Virus record (IMG/VR): IMGVR_UViG_3300025141_000863
Source: a virus
Strand: one strand, 5' to 3'
DNA: 22,144 bases
Below the pieces are notes generated by a model. That model was not told where the DNA came from, searched no databases, and saw only the letters and a list, made by a program, of their open reading frames with translations. The position numbers were made by a program, and so were the translations under genes. Position 1 is the stretch's first letter. Each line of letters begins with the position of its first letter. Shown in pieces: positions 7,801 to 16,717 of this stretch.

Positions 7801-10051
7801 TAAAGCACCAAACAGAACAGATTACGTAAGACATTTTAACAATGAATTTGAGTTCGATCATTACCATCTTTGCTCAGAGCAAAAAAAGAAGGTATTAAAA
7901 CGTGATGTAGATATTGAAATAGATTTAGATACCTATGATTGGATTATTCTAGTAGGATCAGAATCATTACTATTTTTTACAAACGAAAGATCAATAACGG
8001 AGCATAGTGGGCGTTTAATAGATAACAAATTTCTCCCAGTTATAAACCCTGCTATGCTTACGTTTAAGCCTGAAGCTAGACGAACATGGGACGAATCAGT
8101 AGAAAATATAGTTAAGTATATAAAAGGTGAACTAAAACCTGTGGAATATTCTACAGATAATTTTAAGGGAATAACTGATAAAGATGAGGCAATAGAATTT
8201 ATACAAAAGGCTATACAGTCTAGTTCAGAATATATTGCTTGCGATACTGAAACAACGGGATTATTTCCTCGAGACGGATATATTCTTGGTATTAGTTTAT
8301 CTTATAGAGAAGATGAAGGAGTATATATTCTAACAGATATTATAGATTCTACAGTAGAACTACTATTACAAGACTTATTTACTGAGAAAATAGTAGTATT
8401 TCATAATGCAAAATTTGATATAGCTATGCTAGAGTATCATTTCAATTTTACATTTCCTAGAGTAGAAGATACTATGTTATTGCATTATTTATTGAATGAG
8501 AACCCAGGAACTCATGGTTTAAAACAATTAGCATTAAGACATACAAAATATGGTAATTATGAAAAACCTTTAACAGACTATATAGCTAATTATTGTAAAA
8601 AGAATAGAGTATTAAAATCACAATTTAGTTGGGAAATGATACCATTTGATATTATGCAAGTATATTCAGCTATGGACGCTGTAGTAACGCTTATAATCTT
8701 TCACAAAATGAAAGAAGCAATAGCAAAAAACCCAAAACTAGAAAGAGTTTACGATCAAATACTCATTCCAGGTATGTTATTCTTAAAAGATATTCAGGAT
8801 ATAGGAGTTCCATTTGACAGAAAAAGATTAGAGTTATCACAAAATTTAATGGAAAAAGAAATAGAAGAAGCAATAAATAGTCTTTATGATTTTAAAGAGA
8901 TTAAAATCTTTGAAAAAGGACAAGGGAAAGAATTTAATCCAAATAGTACAGTACAGTTACGAAGTCTTTTATTCGATTATATTGGTTTAAAACCTACAGG
9001 TAAAAAAACTGGTACAGGTGCTCATAGTACTGATGCGGAAGTTTTAGGAGCGTTGGCTTTAAAACATGATGTGCCACAATTAATACTTAATATTAGACAA
9101 AAATCAAAAATTAAAAATACTTATCTTGATAAAATCATTCCTCAATTAGATAGAGATATGAGATTAAGAACTAACTTTAATTTACATAGTACAACTTCTG
9201 GCAGACTATCTTCTAGTGGTAAACTTAATATGCAACAAATTCCAAGAGACAATCCAATTATTAAAGGTTGTATAAAAGCTAAAGAAGGGAATAAGATAGT
9301 AGCTATGGACTTAACCACAGCAGAAGTATATGTTGCCGCAGCCTTATCAGATGATAAAAATCTACAACAAATATTTAGAACAGGAGGAAACTTTCATAGT
9401 TCTATTGCTAAATTAGTATTTAAACTACCTTGTAAAGTAGAAGAAGTATCAGAACATTATAAATTAGAAAGACAAGCCGCTAAAGCTGTTACTTTTGGAA
9501 TCATGTATGGGGCAGGAGCTCATAAAATATCTCAACAAGTAACAAAAGATAGTGGTTCATATTTTTCAACAAAAGAAGCACAAAGTGTCATTGATGATTA
9601 TTTCTTTCAATTCAAAAGACTTGCAGATTGGTTAGATCTCTGTAAAGAATTTATTCAAACTAATGCTTTTATTTATTCTACTTTCGGAAGAAAGAGAAGA
9701 TTAGAAAATGTAAAATCTACAGATAGAGGTATTGCTAGTCATGAAATAAGATCAGGTATTAACTTCTTAGTACAATCTGTAGCTAGTGATATTAATTTAT
9801 CTGGTGCTATAGATATGCACAATTATATAGAAAAAAATTATTTAAAAAGTAAGATTTTTGCCTTAGTACATGACTCAGTATTGGCAGAAGTTCCAGAACA
9901 TGAAATAGATCATTATTGTAAAAAATTAAAAGAATTTATGCAAATGGATAGAGGAGTTTATATTTCAGGCTCTCCTATTGGTTGTGAATTTGATATATCG
10001 GAGGACTATTCAAATGGGAAATTTGAAGAAAAATACAAAAGACTACTCTAA
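7769..10051 (+). CDS. polA: family A DNA polymerase, T5-like, with 3'-5' exonuclease
   Basis: Exo motifs CDTETTG, HNAKFD, YSAMDA; pol motifs A (MDLTTAE), B (RQAAKAVTFGIMYG), C (VHDS); N-terminus resembles T5 Pol. Confidence 0.97.
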   Translation: MENQTRVALIDKAPNRTDYVRHFNNEFEFDHYHLCSEQKKKVLKRDVDIEIDLDTYDWIILVGSESLLFFTNERSITEHSGRLIDNKFLPVINPAMLTFKPEARRTWDESVENIVKYIKGELKPVEYSTDNFKGITDKDEAIEFIQKAIQSSSEYIACDTETTGLFPRDGYILGISLSYREDEGVYILTDIIDSTVELLLQDLFTEKIVVFHNAKFDIAMLEYHFNFTFPRVEDTMLLHYLLNENPGTHGLKQLALRHTKYGNYEKPLTDYIANYCKKNRVLKSQFSWEMIPFDIMQVYSAMDAVVTLIIFHKMKEAIAKNPKLERVYDQILIPGMLFLKDIQDIGVPFDRKRLELSQNLMEKEIEEAINSLYDFKEIKIFEKGQGKEFNPNSTVQLRSLLFDYIGLKPTGKKTGTGAHSTDAEVLGALALKHDVPQLILNIRQKSKIKNTYLDKIIPQLDRDMRLRTNFNLHSTTSGRLSSSGKLNMQQIPRDNPIIKGCIKAKEGNKIVAMDLTTAEVYVAAALSDDKNLQQIFRTGGNFHSSIAKLVFKLPCKVEEVSEHYKLERQAAKAVTFGIMYGAGAHKISQQVTKDSGSYFSTKEAQSVIDDYFFQFKRLADWLDLCKEFIQTNAFIYSTFGRKRRLENVKSTDRGIASHEIRSGINFLVQSVASDINLSGAIDMHNYIEKNYLKSKIFALVHDSVLAEVPEHEIDHYCKKLKEFMQMDRGVYISGSPIGCEFDISEDYSNGKFEEKYKRLL

Positions 10052-10310
10052 AGCTAGAGTAGTTTATCATGTTACACCCCTAAATGATATTACTTGGTGG
10101 GTAAAATGGGGTAGTAGTTTTTTAATTCTTGGTGCAATTATACTAAGAGCTTTAGATATACTTCATATGGTAGATGTTACTTTATCTTTCTTAGGCTGTA
10201 GTGGTTGGATTTTTGTTGGCTTTAAATGGCAAGATAGATCAATAATGTTTTTAAATACAGTAGCTGCTACAATACTATTAATGGGTCTTTTAAAAGAGGT
10301 GATGATATGA
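10014..10310 (+). CDS. small 3-TM membrane protein, DUF6552-like (98 aa; start revised from 9978)
   Basis: GGAGG RBS at 10000-10004; three hydrophobic helices; WWVKW.SS..IL and GW..VG..WQDRS...LN resemble the DUF6552 family as recalled. Confidence 0.65.
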   Translation: MGNLKKNTKDYSKARVVYHVTPLNDITWWVKWGSSFLILGAIILRALDILHMVDVTLSFLGCSGWIFVGFKWQDRSIMFLNTVAATILLMGLLKEVMI

Positions 10311-10393
10311 ATAAACTTGATATTCCTTGGCTTTTATTCTGTCTTTTAATTATAATTATAGTATTTAAGGATTTTCATAAAAGACTTTTATGA
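10307..10393 (+). CDS. 28-aa single-TM micro-protein (not in ORF track)
   Basis: Hand translation MNKLDIPWLLFCLLIIIIVFKDFHKRLL*; GAGGTG RBS; ATGA overlaps at both ends. Confidence 0.65.
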   Translation: MNKLDIPWLLFCLLIIIIVFKDFHKRLL

Positions 10394-10869
10394 AATTAGA
10401 AGAAATAAATTTTCCAATATATGTAGTCGGAACGGAAGATACAAAAACTGAAGATGGAATTGTCTTTGCAGATAATAAAGTTTTAGACGATACTAATATG
10501 AGTGGAGATACATTAGGGGCGAGAAGATTACAGACAAGTCTTCCTAATTTATACCCATTAAGATACATGATAAAATCATTATCAGGATTAGTAATGCATA
10601 GAGGCTATATGTATATAGATTCTTTAGGAAAGCTTTTTTCATATACTAAACAAAATTTCTTTCCATTAATATATCATAAAATATTGAATGTGGAAAAGAA
10701 AGATATAGTATCTTTACTATGGTTAAAAGATATAAATTTTCCTATAGAAGTAGAAAGACCTCCTGAAGTGGAATATATGTGGGCAGGTATTATATATAAA
10801 AATACTCTTCCATGGTTTTTTTATGAGTATTCAACCGAATGGAAAAAAGATACAAGAAGAAAAATATGA
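10390..10869 (+). CDS. conserved T5-like hypothetical protein (T5.123 position)
   Basis: RRLQ, LYPLR, YIDSLGKL resemble the T5 ORF preceding D10; syntenic. Confidence 0.75.
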   Translation: MKLEEINFPIYVVGTEDTKTEDGIVFADNKVLDDTNMSGDTLGARRLQTSLPNLYPLRYMIKSLSGLVMHRGYMYIDSLGKLFSYTKQNFFPLIYHKILNVEKKDIVSLLWLKDINFPIEVERPPEVEYMWAGIIYKNTLPWFFYEYSTEWKKDTRRKI

Positions 10870-12146
10870 AAGCAGTACTAAGTAATAGAATTTATATAGA
10901 AGTAAATGATCATCTTGAATCTATAATTGATAAACAACTAACATATAAAATACCTTCATATAAACCGACTGATCCACCTGAAGTTATAAAGAACATGGGA
11001 TTTGTCAGGAACGGGTTAGTGACTATGCCTATAGGTAGACAAGATTTAATACCTACTAACTATGAGATAGTTGATAAGAGAAAGAAAATTCCAGTAGAAT
11101 TTCCTCCTTTTAAGTTCGATTTAAGACAGAGCCAAAGTGAAGTTTACAGAGATGTTTATGATAATTGTATAATAAACGCTTGGGTAAGTTGGGGGAAGAC
11201 TTTTACCGCGTTAGCAATCGCAAGTAAACTTGGACAGAAAACATTAGTAGTAGTGCATACATTAGCTTTAAGATCACAGTGGGTAAGAGAAGTACAAAAG
11301 GTCTTTGGAATTGAAACTGGAATTATAGGTAGTGGAAAATTTAATATTGATAGTCCTATTGTAATTGGAAATGTCCAGTCTTTATACCGAAGAATTCCTG
11401 ACATAATAAATGAATTTGGATTATTAATTCTAGATGAAATGCATCATGTTAGTAGTCCTACTTTTGCAAGAGTTGTAGATAAAAGTCGAGCAAGATACAA
11501 GATAGGATTATCAGGCACAATAGAAAGAAAAGATGGTAAACATGTAGTTTTCAGAGATTATTTTGGACAAAATGTCATTACTCCCCCAAAAGAAAACTAC
11601 ATGACTCCAACTATAGATATAATTCATACAGAGATTAGATTCTTAGACGGAGCAGCCATTCCCTGGGCTAGAAAGATTAATCAGTTGGCTTATAATGAGG
11701 AATACAGACATTCAGTATCATTAATAGCAAGTGCTTACGCAGCTAAAGGACATAAAGTTTTAGTAGTAGCAGACCGAGTTGATTTGCTAAAAACTTGTGC
11801 TGAATTGAGTGGAGATAAAGCACTAGTTATTACAGGAGAAGTGCCACATACAGAAAGACCTAAAATGATGAATAGGATATATGATGATAAAGACATCCTT
11901 TATGGAACACAGTCTATATTCTCTGAAGGTATTTCTCTTAACTGTTTAAGTTGTTTACTTTTAGCAACTCCAGTTAATAACGAACCTTTATTAACACAGC
12001 TAATAGGAAGAATAATAAGGCGGGAAGAAGGTAAGAAGACCCCCGTGGTAATAGATATTAATCTGTTGGGCAAGACTGCCCGCAGACAAGCGAATAATAG
12101 GTTAGGATACTATATGAAGCAAGGGTATGACATTAATCACCTTTGA
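10866..12146 (+). CDS. D10: SF2 (UvsW-like) branch-migration helicase, T5 D10-like; start revised from 10839
   Basis: Walker A AWVSWGKT, DEMH, GLSGT, SEGIS, QLIGRIIR; ATGA overlap at 10866-10869. Confidence 0.93.
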   Translation: MKAVLSNRIYIEVNDHLESIIDKQLTYKIPSYKPTDPPEVIKNMGFVRNGLVTMPIGRQDLIPTNYEIVDKRKKIPVEFPPFKFDLRQSQSEVYRDVYDNCIINAWVSWGKTFTALAIASKLGQKTLVVVHTLALRSQWVREVQKVFGIETGIIGSGKFNIDSPIVIGNVQSLYRRIPDIINEFGLLILDEMHHVSSPTFARVVDKSRARYKIGLSGTIERKDGKHVVFRDYFGQNVITPPKENYMTPTIDIIHTEIRFLDGAAIPWARKINQLAYNEEYRHSVSLIASAYAAKGHKVLVVADRVDLLKTCAELSGDKALVITGEVPHTERPKMMNRIYDDKDILYGTQSIFSEGISLNCLSCLLLATPVNNEPLLTQLIGRIIRREEGKKTPVVIDINLLGKTARRQANNRLGYYMKQGYDINHL

Positions 12147-12150
12147 AATT

Positions 12151-12185
12151 TAGTTCTTGACACCGAGTTAAAATTTTGGTATAAT
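12151..12185 (+). promoter_or_regulatory. sigma70-type promoter P4
   Basis: TTGACA 12157-12162, 17-bp spacer, TATAAT 12180-12185. Confidence 0.88.
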
Positions 12186-12186
12186 A

Positions 12187-12573
12187 GTGATACGATTTAA
12201 TTGGAAAAAGATTTTAGAAGCAACTAAAGGCAAGGAAAATGAAATACTGCTAATAGTGCATTCACTTACTTATAATCTTACACCTAAAAATTATCGTGAT
12301 CCATTATATAAATATTTTGGAAAAGACTGGTCAGGCTTCAGTTTCTTAGTAAACCCCGAAGCTGTCTTTATAAATAGACCACAGTTCTCTGATCGAGAAT
12401 GGGTAGAGTATATAGCTATCGCTAGTTATAGAAATTTAAATGCCTATTACGATTCGAGAAAAACAACGATAGACCTTTTACACTTACCAGTGTCTGAGGA
12501 CGCAATTAACAACAACAGGCTACTGAAGATTGAAGATAACAAAGTACATTTTCGATTTGAAGAAGTCACTTAA
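12187..12573 (+). CDS. conserved T5-like hypothetical protein (T5.125 position)
   Basis: 128-aa ORF filling the D10-D11 interval as in T5; EYIAIASYRN motif. Confidence 0.7.
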   Translation: MIRFNWKKILEATKGKENEILLIVHSLTYNLTPKNYRDPLYKYFGKDWSGFSFLVNPEAVFINRPQFSDREWVEYIAIASYRNLNAYYDSRKTTIDLLHLPVSEDAINNNRLLKIEDNKVHFRFEEVT

Positions 12574-12585
12574 AGGAGAAAAACA

Positions 12586-13230
12586 ATGGCTATAAAATTT
12601 GGTCAGCTTGAGGGCAAAGCAAAGAAATCAACTATTAATCAATTCACATATAGAGATGGCGACAATGTCGTTCGTATGGTAGGTGATATACTACCTAGAT
12701 ATGTATATTGGGTTAAAGGCGAAAACAACAAAAATATTCCTATGGAATGTTTATCTTTCGACAGAGATTCTGAAACCTTCAACAATATAGAAAAAGACTG
12801 GGTAAGAACCTTTTATCCAGATATGAAATGCGGTTGGGCATATGCAATTCAATGTATAGACCCAGGCGATGGACAAGTAAAAGTCCTGAATCTAAAGAAA
12901 AAATTGTTAGAGCAGATAATGCTTGCAGCAGAAGATTTAGGCGATCCAACAGATCCTGAAACAGGTTGGGACATACATTTTAAACGAGTAAAGACTGGTC
13001 CGATGGCATTTAATGTCGAGTATCAATTACAAGTTTTGAGATGTAAAACAAGATCATTAGACGAAGCTGAAATGGCATCTATTGCCGAACTTCGATCAAT
13101 GGATGATGTTTTACCTAGACCTACTGTGGAAGCACAAAAGGAACTCTTGGAGAGGATTAGATCTTTAGGAAATGAAACTCCCGATGAAGTCGCAAAGGAA
13201 TTTAGCAACGGAAATAAAAAACCGTGGTAG
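12586..13230 (+). CDS. D11: ssDNA-binding protein, T5 D11-like
   Basis: VRMVGDILPRYVYW, KKKLLEQI, DPTDPETGWDI, acidic tail; strong AAGGAG RBS; syntenic. Confidence 0.85.
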   Translation: MAIKFGQLEGKAKKSTINQFTYRDGDNVVRMVGDILPRYVYWVKGENNKNIPMECLSFDRDSETFNNIEKDWVRTFYPDMKCGWAYAIQCIDPGDGQVKVLNLKKKLLEQIMLAAEDLGDPTDPETGWDIHFKRVKTGPMAFNVEYQLQVLRCKTRSLDEAEMASIAELRSMDDVLPRPTVEAQKELLERIRSLGNETPDEVAKEFSNGNKKPW

Positions 13231-14186
13231 ACAAAATTCTGTTTACTGCCGACTGGCATTTGAAGCTGGGACAAAGGAATGTCCCAGTTTCGTGGGCTCG
13301 GAATAGATTTAGGCTCTTTGTTGAACAAATTAGACAGTTAGAAAATGACGTAGATTTACACATTATTGGAGGAGATTTATTTGATAGAATTCCTTCGATG
13401 GTAGAATTAGAGTTATACTTTGAATTTATAAGTGGAGTAAAAATTCCCACATTAATATATGACGGTAATCACGAGGCTACAAGAAAAGGCAAAACGTTTT
13501 TTACACAACTAAAAAGTGCAACAACAGAACTAAATCCTTTGGTAGAAATAATTGATTATATCTATAAAGGTGAGCACTTTGGTATACTTCCCTATTGTGA
13601 GTTACATAGGAAGTGGCACATTAAACAATTCAATATAAGGCAACCGCTATTTACTCACGTTAGGGGAGCTATACCTCCTCACGTAAGTCCAGAAGTGGAC
13701 TTAAAAAGATTCGCACACTTTCCAAGAGTGTTCGCGGGCGATCTACACAGTCATTCTAACACACAATTAAACATTGTATATCCTGGTAGTCCAATGGCTA
13801 CACAATTTCACAGAACTAAAATAGAAACAGGCTACTTGCTAATCGACACAAGCCAGTGGAACTGGAAGTGGCACACCTTCAAATTGCCACAACTGGTGAG
13901 AAAGACCATAACCGATCCAAAGGAAATGGTTCCCACATCTTACGATCATACGATTTATGAGATCGAAGGAAATGTGACAGATTTAGCAGGAGTCGAAAAT
14001 ACAGAATTATTGGATAAGAAGATAGTTCGTAGAAAAACTGAGGCAGCGTTAATTCTCACCAACGAAATGTCGATTGAAGATGAATTAGTAGAGTATCTCA
14101 GTTATATTTTAGAATTAAAAGATGAACAAGTAAAGGAGATTTTAGGGGTATATCATGATTACTCTCGGGACATTGCGATGGGATAA
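13224..14186 (+). CDS. D12: SbcD/Mre11-like nuclease, T5 D12-like
   Basis: Metallophosphoesterase motifs ADWH, GGDLFD, GNHE, GDLH, YPGSP. Confidence 0.93.
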   Translation: MVDKILFTADWHLKLGQRNVPVSWARNRFRLFVEQIRQLENDVDLHIIGGDLFDRIPSMVELELYFEFISGVKIPTLIYDGNHEATRKGKTFFTQLKSATTELNPLVEIIDYIYKGEHFGILPYCELHRKWHIKQFNIRQPLFTHVRGAIPPHVSPEVDLKRFAHFPRVFAGDLHSHSNTQLNIVYPGSPMATQFHRTKIETGYLLIDTSQWNWKWHTFKLPQLVRKTITDPKEMVPTSYDHTIYEIEGNVTDLAGVENTELLDKKIVRRKTEAALILTNEMSIEDELVEYLSYILELKDEQVKEILGVYHDYSRDIAMG

Positions 14187-15954
14187 TTGCTTTAGTTATA
14201 GTACGAACAACCATGTTGACTTAGCTAATAGTAATTTAACACAACTTATAGGCACGAATGGTGTCGGTAAGTCGAGTATTCCTTTGATACTTGAGGAGGT
14301 CTTGTACAACAAGAACAGTAAGGGAATCAAAAAAGCAGATATACAGAATAGATATTATAATAAAGGTTATAATATCTCATTGGATTTTAAGGTTGAAAGA
14401 GAGCAGTATAAGATAGAAGCTCGTCGCAGTCGTGGTATAATTAAAGTTAGGCTTTTAAAAGATGGAAAGGATATTTCTAGTCATACCGCGACCAATACTT
14501 ATAAGACTTTAGAAGGTATTTTAGGCTTAGATTTTAAGACTTTTTCGCAACTCGTATATCAAAACACAAACGCAAGTTTACAGTTTTTAACGGCTACAGA
14601 TGCAAATCGGAAGAAATTTCTAATAGATCTGTTTTCGTTAGATGAATATTTAAAGTTTCATGAGATTTTTAAGAAAGGTGCAAAGACACTTAACCAGGAG
14701 TTTATTTCTTTTAATGCAAAGACGGAATCAATACAAAATTGGCTTCATAATAACAAATTAACAGATACTACCATACTACCTATGAAAATTTTGAAAATCG
14801 ATACGAGTAATGATGAGAAGCGATTAAGGAGTTTATTAATCGATTTTGAAAATATTAATTCCACAAATCGAAAAATCTCAGAAAATGAGATGAAGAAGCA
14901 TCTGTTAGCAAGTATAAAGATTAAAGATATTGCAGGAATTAAAAAACCTAAACAAATGATTACTGCTGATCTTAGTAGAAAAGTCGGAGAATGCGGTGCA
15001 CAAATTTCTCAAAGCCAAGACATGATTGACTCGATTAGTGAACTTGGTACAAAATGTCCGACTTGCTCTCAGGAAGTAGATCCTGAATTTGTGCATGAGT
15101 TGATAACAAAGAATTTAGATGATGCAAAGTTCATGGCAGAAACGCAGTTAAAATACGAATTAAAAATTGCGAAGATTCAGGCAGAAGTACAAGAGTATGA
15201 GGAAGCTGTGCAAAAACGTAATGAGTGGACAGACTTAAAACGCAGTATAGATGATAGTTTAGATAATGAGCCGATTGACGCGGTTTGGCTTCAGGATAAC
15301 ATCGAGAAATTAGAAGAAAAGATAGCGGAAACTCAGAGTGAGATACAAGTGATAATGAAAGAAAATGAGAAACGTGCAGCCAGAAACACCAGAATTCAAG
15401 TGATACAAGAACAAACAAAAGAGTTTGAAACTGAACTTAATGGGATACAAGAAAAGCTTTCAAAAATTTCGGCAAAACTCTCAAATTTAGAAATACTTAA
15501 ACGAGCTTTTAGTACAAGCGGACTTATAGCTTATAAGATTGAGAACCTTGTAAAAGATTTGGAAGACATGACAAACGACTACTTAGCAGAACTTAGCGAT
15601 GGTCGTTTTAGTATAAACTTTGTTGTGAATAACGACAAATTAAATGTAGAAATAACAGATAATGGAAAGACGGTCGCAATTACCGCACTTTCCAGCGGTG
15701 AGTTGACGCGAGTTAATACTGCGACACTAATTGCAATTCGGAAACTAATGAGTAGTATTTCGAAGAGTCGTATCAATGTATTGTTTTTAGATGAAGTCAT
15801 CAATGTATTAGACGAGGCGGGTAGGGAGAAGCTCGTTGAGATTTTACTAAAAGAAGAAGAACTAAATACATACGTAGTATCACATGGCTGGACTCACCCC
15901 CTGTTAGACAAGATTGAAGTAATCAAAGAGAATAATATATCGAGACTAGAATGA
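14155..15954 (+). CDS. D13: SbcC/Rad50-like ATPase, T5 D13-like
   Basis: Walker A GTNGVGKS, coiled coil with CPTC zinc hook, signature LSSGE, Walker B LFLDE, SH motif. Confidence 0.95.
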   Translation: MITLGTLRWDNCFSYSTNNHVDLANSNLTQLIGTNGVGKSSIPLILEEVLYNKNSKGIKKADIQNRYYNKGYNISLDFKVEREQYKIEARRSRGIIKVRLLKDGKDISSHTATNTYKTLEGILGLDFKTFSQLVYQNTNASLQFLTATDANRKKFLIDLFSLDEYLKFHEIFKKGAKTLNQEFISFNAKTESIQNWLHNNKLTDTTILPMKILKIDTSNDEKRLRSLLIDFENINSTNRKISENEMKKHLLASIKIKDIAGIKKPKQMITADLSRKVGECGAQISQSQDMIDSISELGTKCPTCSQEVDPEFVHELITKNLDDAKFMAETQLKYELKIAKIQAEVQEYEEAVQKRNEWTDLKRSIDDSLDNEPIDAVWLQDNIEKLEEKIAETQSEIQVIMKENEKRAARNTRIQVIQEQTKEFETELNGIQEKLSKISAKLSNLEILKRAFSTSGLIAYKIENLVKDLEDMTNDYLAELSDGRFSINFVVNNDKLNVEITDNGKTVAITALSSGELTRVNTATLIAIRKLMSSISKSRINVLFLDEVINVLDEAGREKLVEILLKEEELNTYVVSHGWTHPLLDKIEVIKENNISRLE

Positions 15955-16331
15955 TAAAAATACGAAAAATATGGGATATAATACCTATACCTATTATAAT
16001 AACGGATCTACTACCAAAGAAGTTTGGTGGAGGTACATTAATTTGTATAGTCCTCATTAGACCAAAACACAAAGACAATGAAGGACTGATACAGCATGAA
16101 TTAACTCATGTAAAACAAAATCTGAGAACTTTATTGTTTTCAGGATTTAAACAGAACTGGAGTAAGCAACACAGACTAGATAGAGAGTGCGAAGCCTATG
16201 CAGTTCAACTTAAATACTCACCTACTCGTAAGGATTTATATATTGACTTTATGTATAATAAGTATAATCTTGGAATGTCAAGAGAAAGAATTGAAGGAAA
16301 CTTCAATAAATGGATTAGGAGAATCGGATGA
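15951..16331 (+). CDS. putative zincin metallopeptidase-like protein (HExxH)
   Basis: IQHELTHVKQ plus downstream ECEAY (ExxA third ligand); ATGA overlap with D13. Confidence 0.6.
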   Translation: MIKIRKIWDIIPIPIIITDLLPKKFGGGTLICIVLIRPKHKDNEGLIQHELTHVKQNLRTLLFSGFKQNWSKQHRLDRECEAYAVQLKYSPTRKDLYIDFMYNKYNLGMSRERIEGNFNKWIRRIG

Positions 16332-16444
16332 AGGAATGGTGGAACAGAATTATGCACAAAAGATTCCATATTGGTTGGGTATTTCTTGTATTAGGCATAG
16401 GATTAGCGTTGTCTATAACATTACTATATAAGACAATAACATAA
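16328..16444 (+). CDS. 38-aa single-TM micro-protein (not in ORF track)
   Basis: Hand translation MKEWWNRIMHKRFHIGWVFLVLGIGLALSITLLYKTIT*; AGGAG RBS at 16316-16320; ATGA overlap. Confidence 0.65.
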   Translation: MKEWWNRIMHKRFHIGWVFLVLGIGLALSITLLYKTIT

Positions 16445-16466
16445 ACAAAGAATCAAGTTGTTAAAA

Positions 16467-16541
16467 ATGGAGATATATTGGATTTTGGTGGTTTGTTTTG
16501 GGGTTTTAATGTGGATAATATTTAGGAAATACAAAAAATGA
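16467..16541 (+). CDS. 24-aa single-TM micro-protein (not in ORF track)
   Basis: Hand translation MEIYWILVVCFGVLMWIIFRKYKK*; stop overlaps next ATG; no clear RBS. Confidence 0.45.
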   Translation: MEIYWILVVCFGVLMWIIFRKYKK

Positions 16542-16717
16542 ACTTAGAAAAATATTTATTAGTAAGACTTGAAAGAGCTCAAGTTGATTTAAAAGGGATA
16601 AGACCTCAACACTCCGCAACTGGTCTTTATATAAATGCTAATGACATCAAAAGATGGCTTAAAGAATTTAAAATATTAGAAAGAATGGAAAACCAACAAG
16701 AATTTGACGATATATAA
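16538..16717 (+). CDS. 59-aa hypothetical protein (not in ORF track)
   Basis: Hand translation MNLEKYLLVRLERAQVDLKGIRPQHSATGLYINANDIKRWLKEFKILERMENQQEFDDI*; AGGA RBS; TAATG overlap with guaC. Confidence 0.65.
   Translation: MNLEKYLLVRLERAQVDLKGIRPQHSATGLYINANDIKRWLKEFKILERMENQQEFDDI

Noticed and set aside
7769-10051. Polymerase as DpoZ / 2-aminoadenine genome, or intein/intron insertions in pol, helicase or nrdJ
   Set aside because: No purZ, datZ or mazZ in the window; Pol looks like ordinary T5 Pol; ORFs are contiguous, of expected length, with no intein or homing endonuclease motifs.
11172-11207. Trp-rich Walker A (AWVSWGKT) in D10 as a sign of inactivation
   Set aside because: Still fits AxxxxGKT and the other SF2 motifs are intact.
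16243-16268. TTGACT followed by two TATAAT hexamers inside the HExxH gene
   Set aside because: Spacers are 5 and 14 bp, not 16-18.
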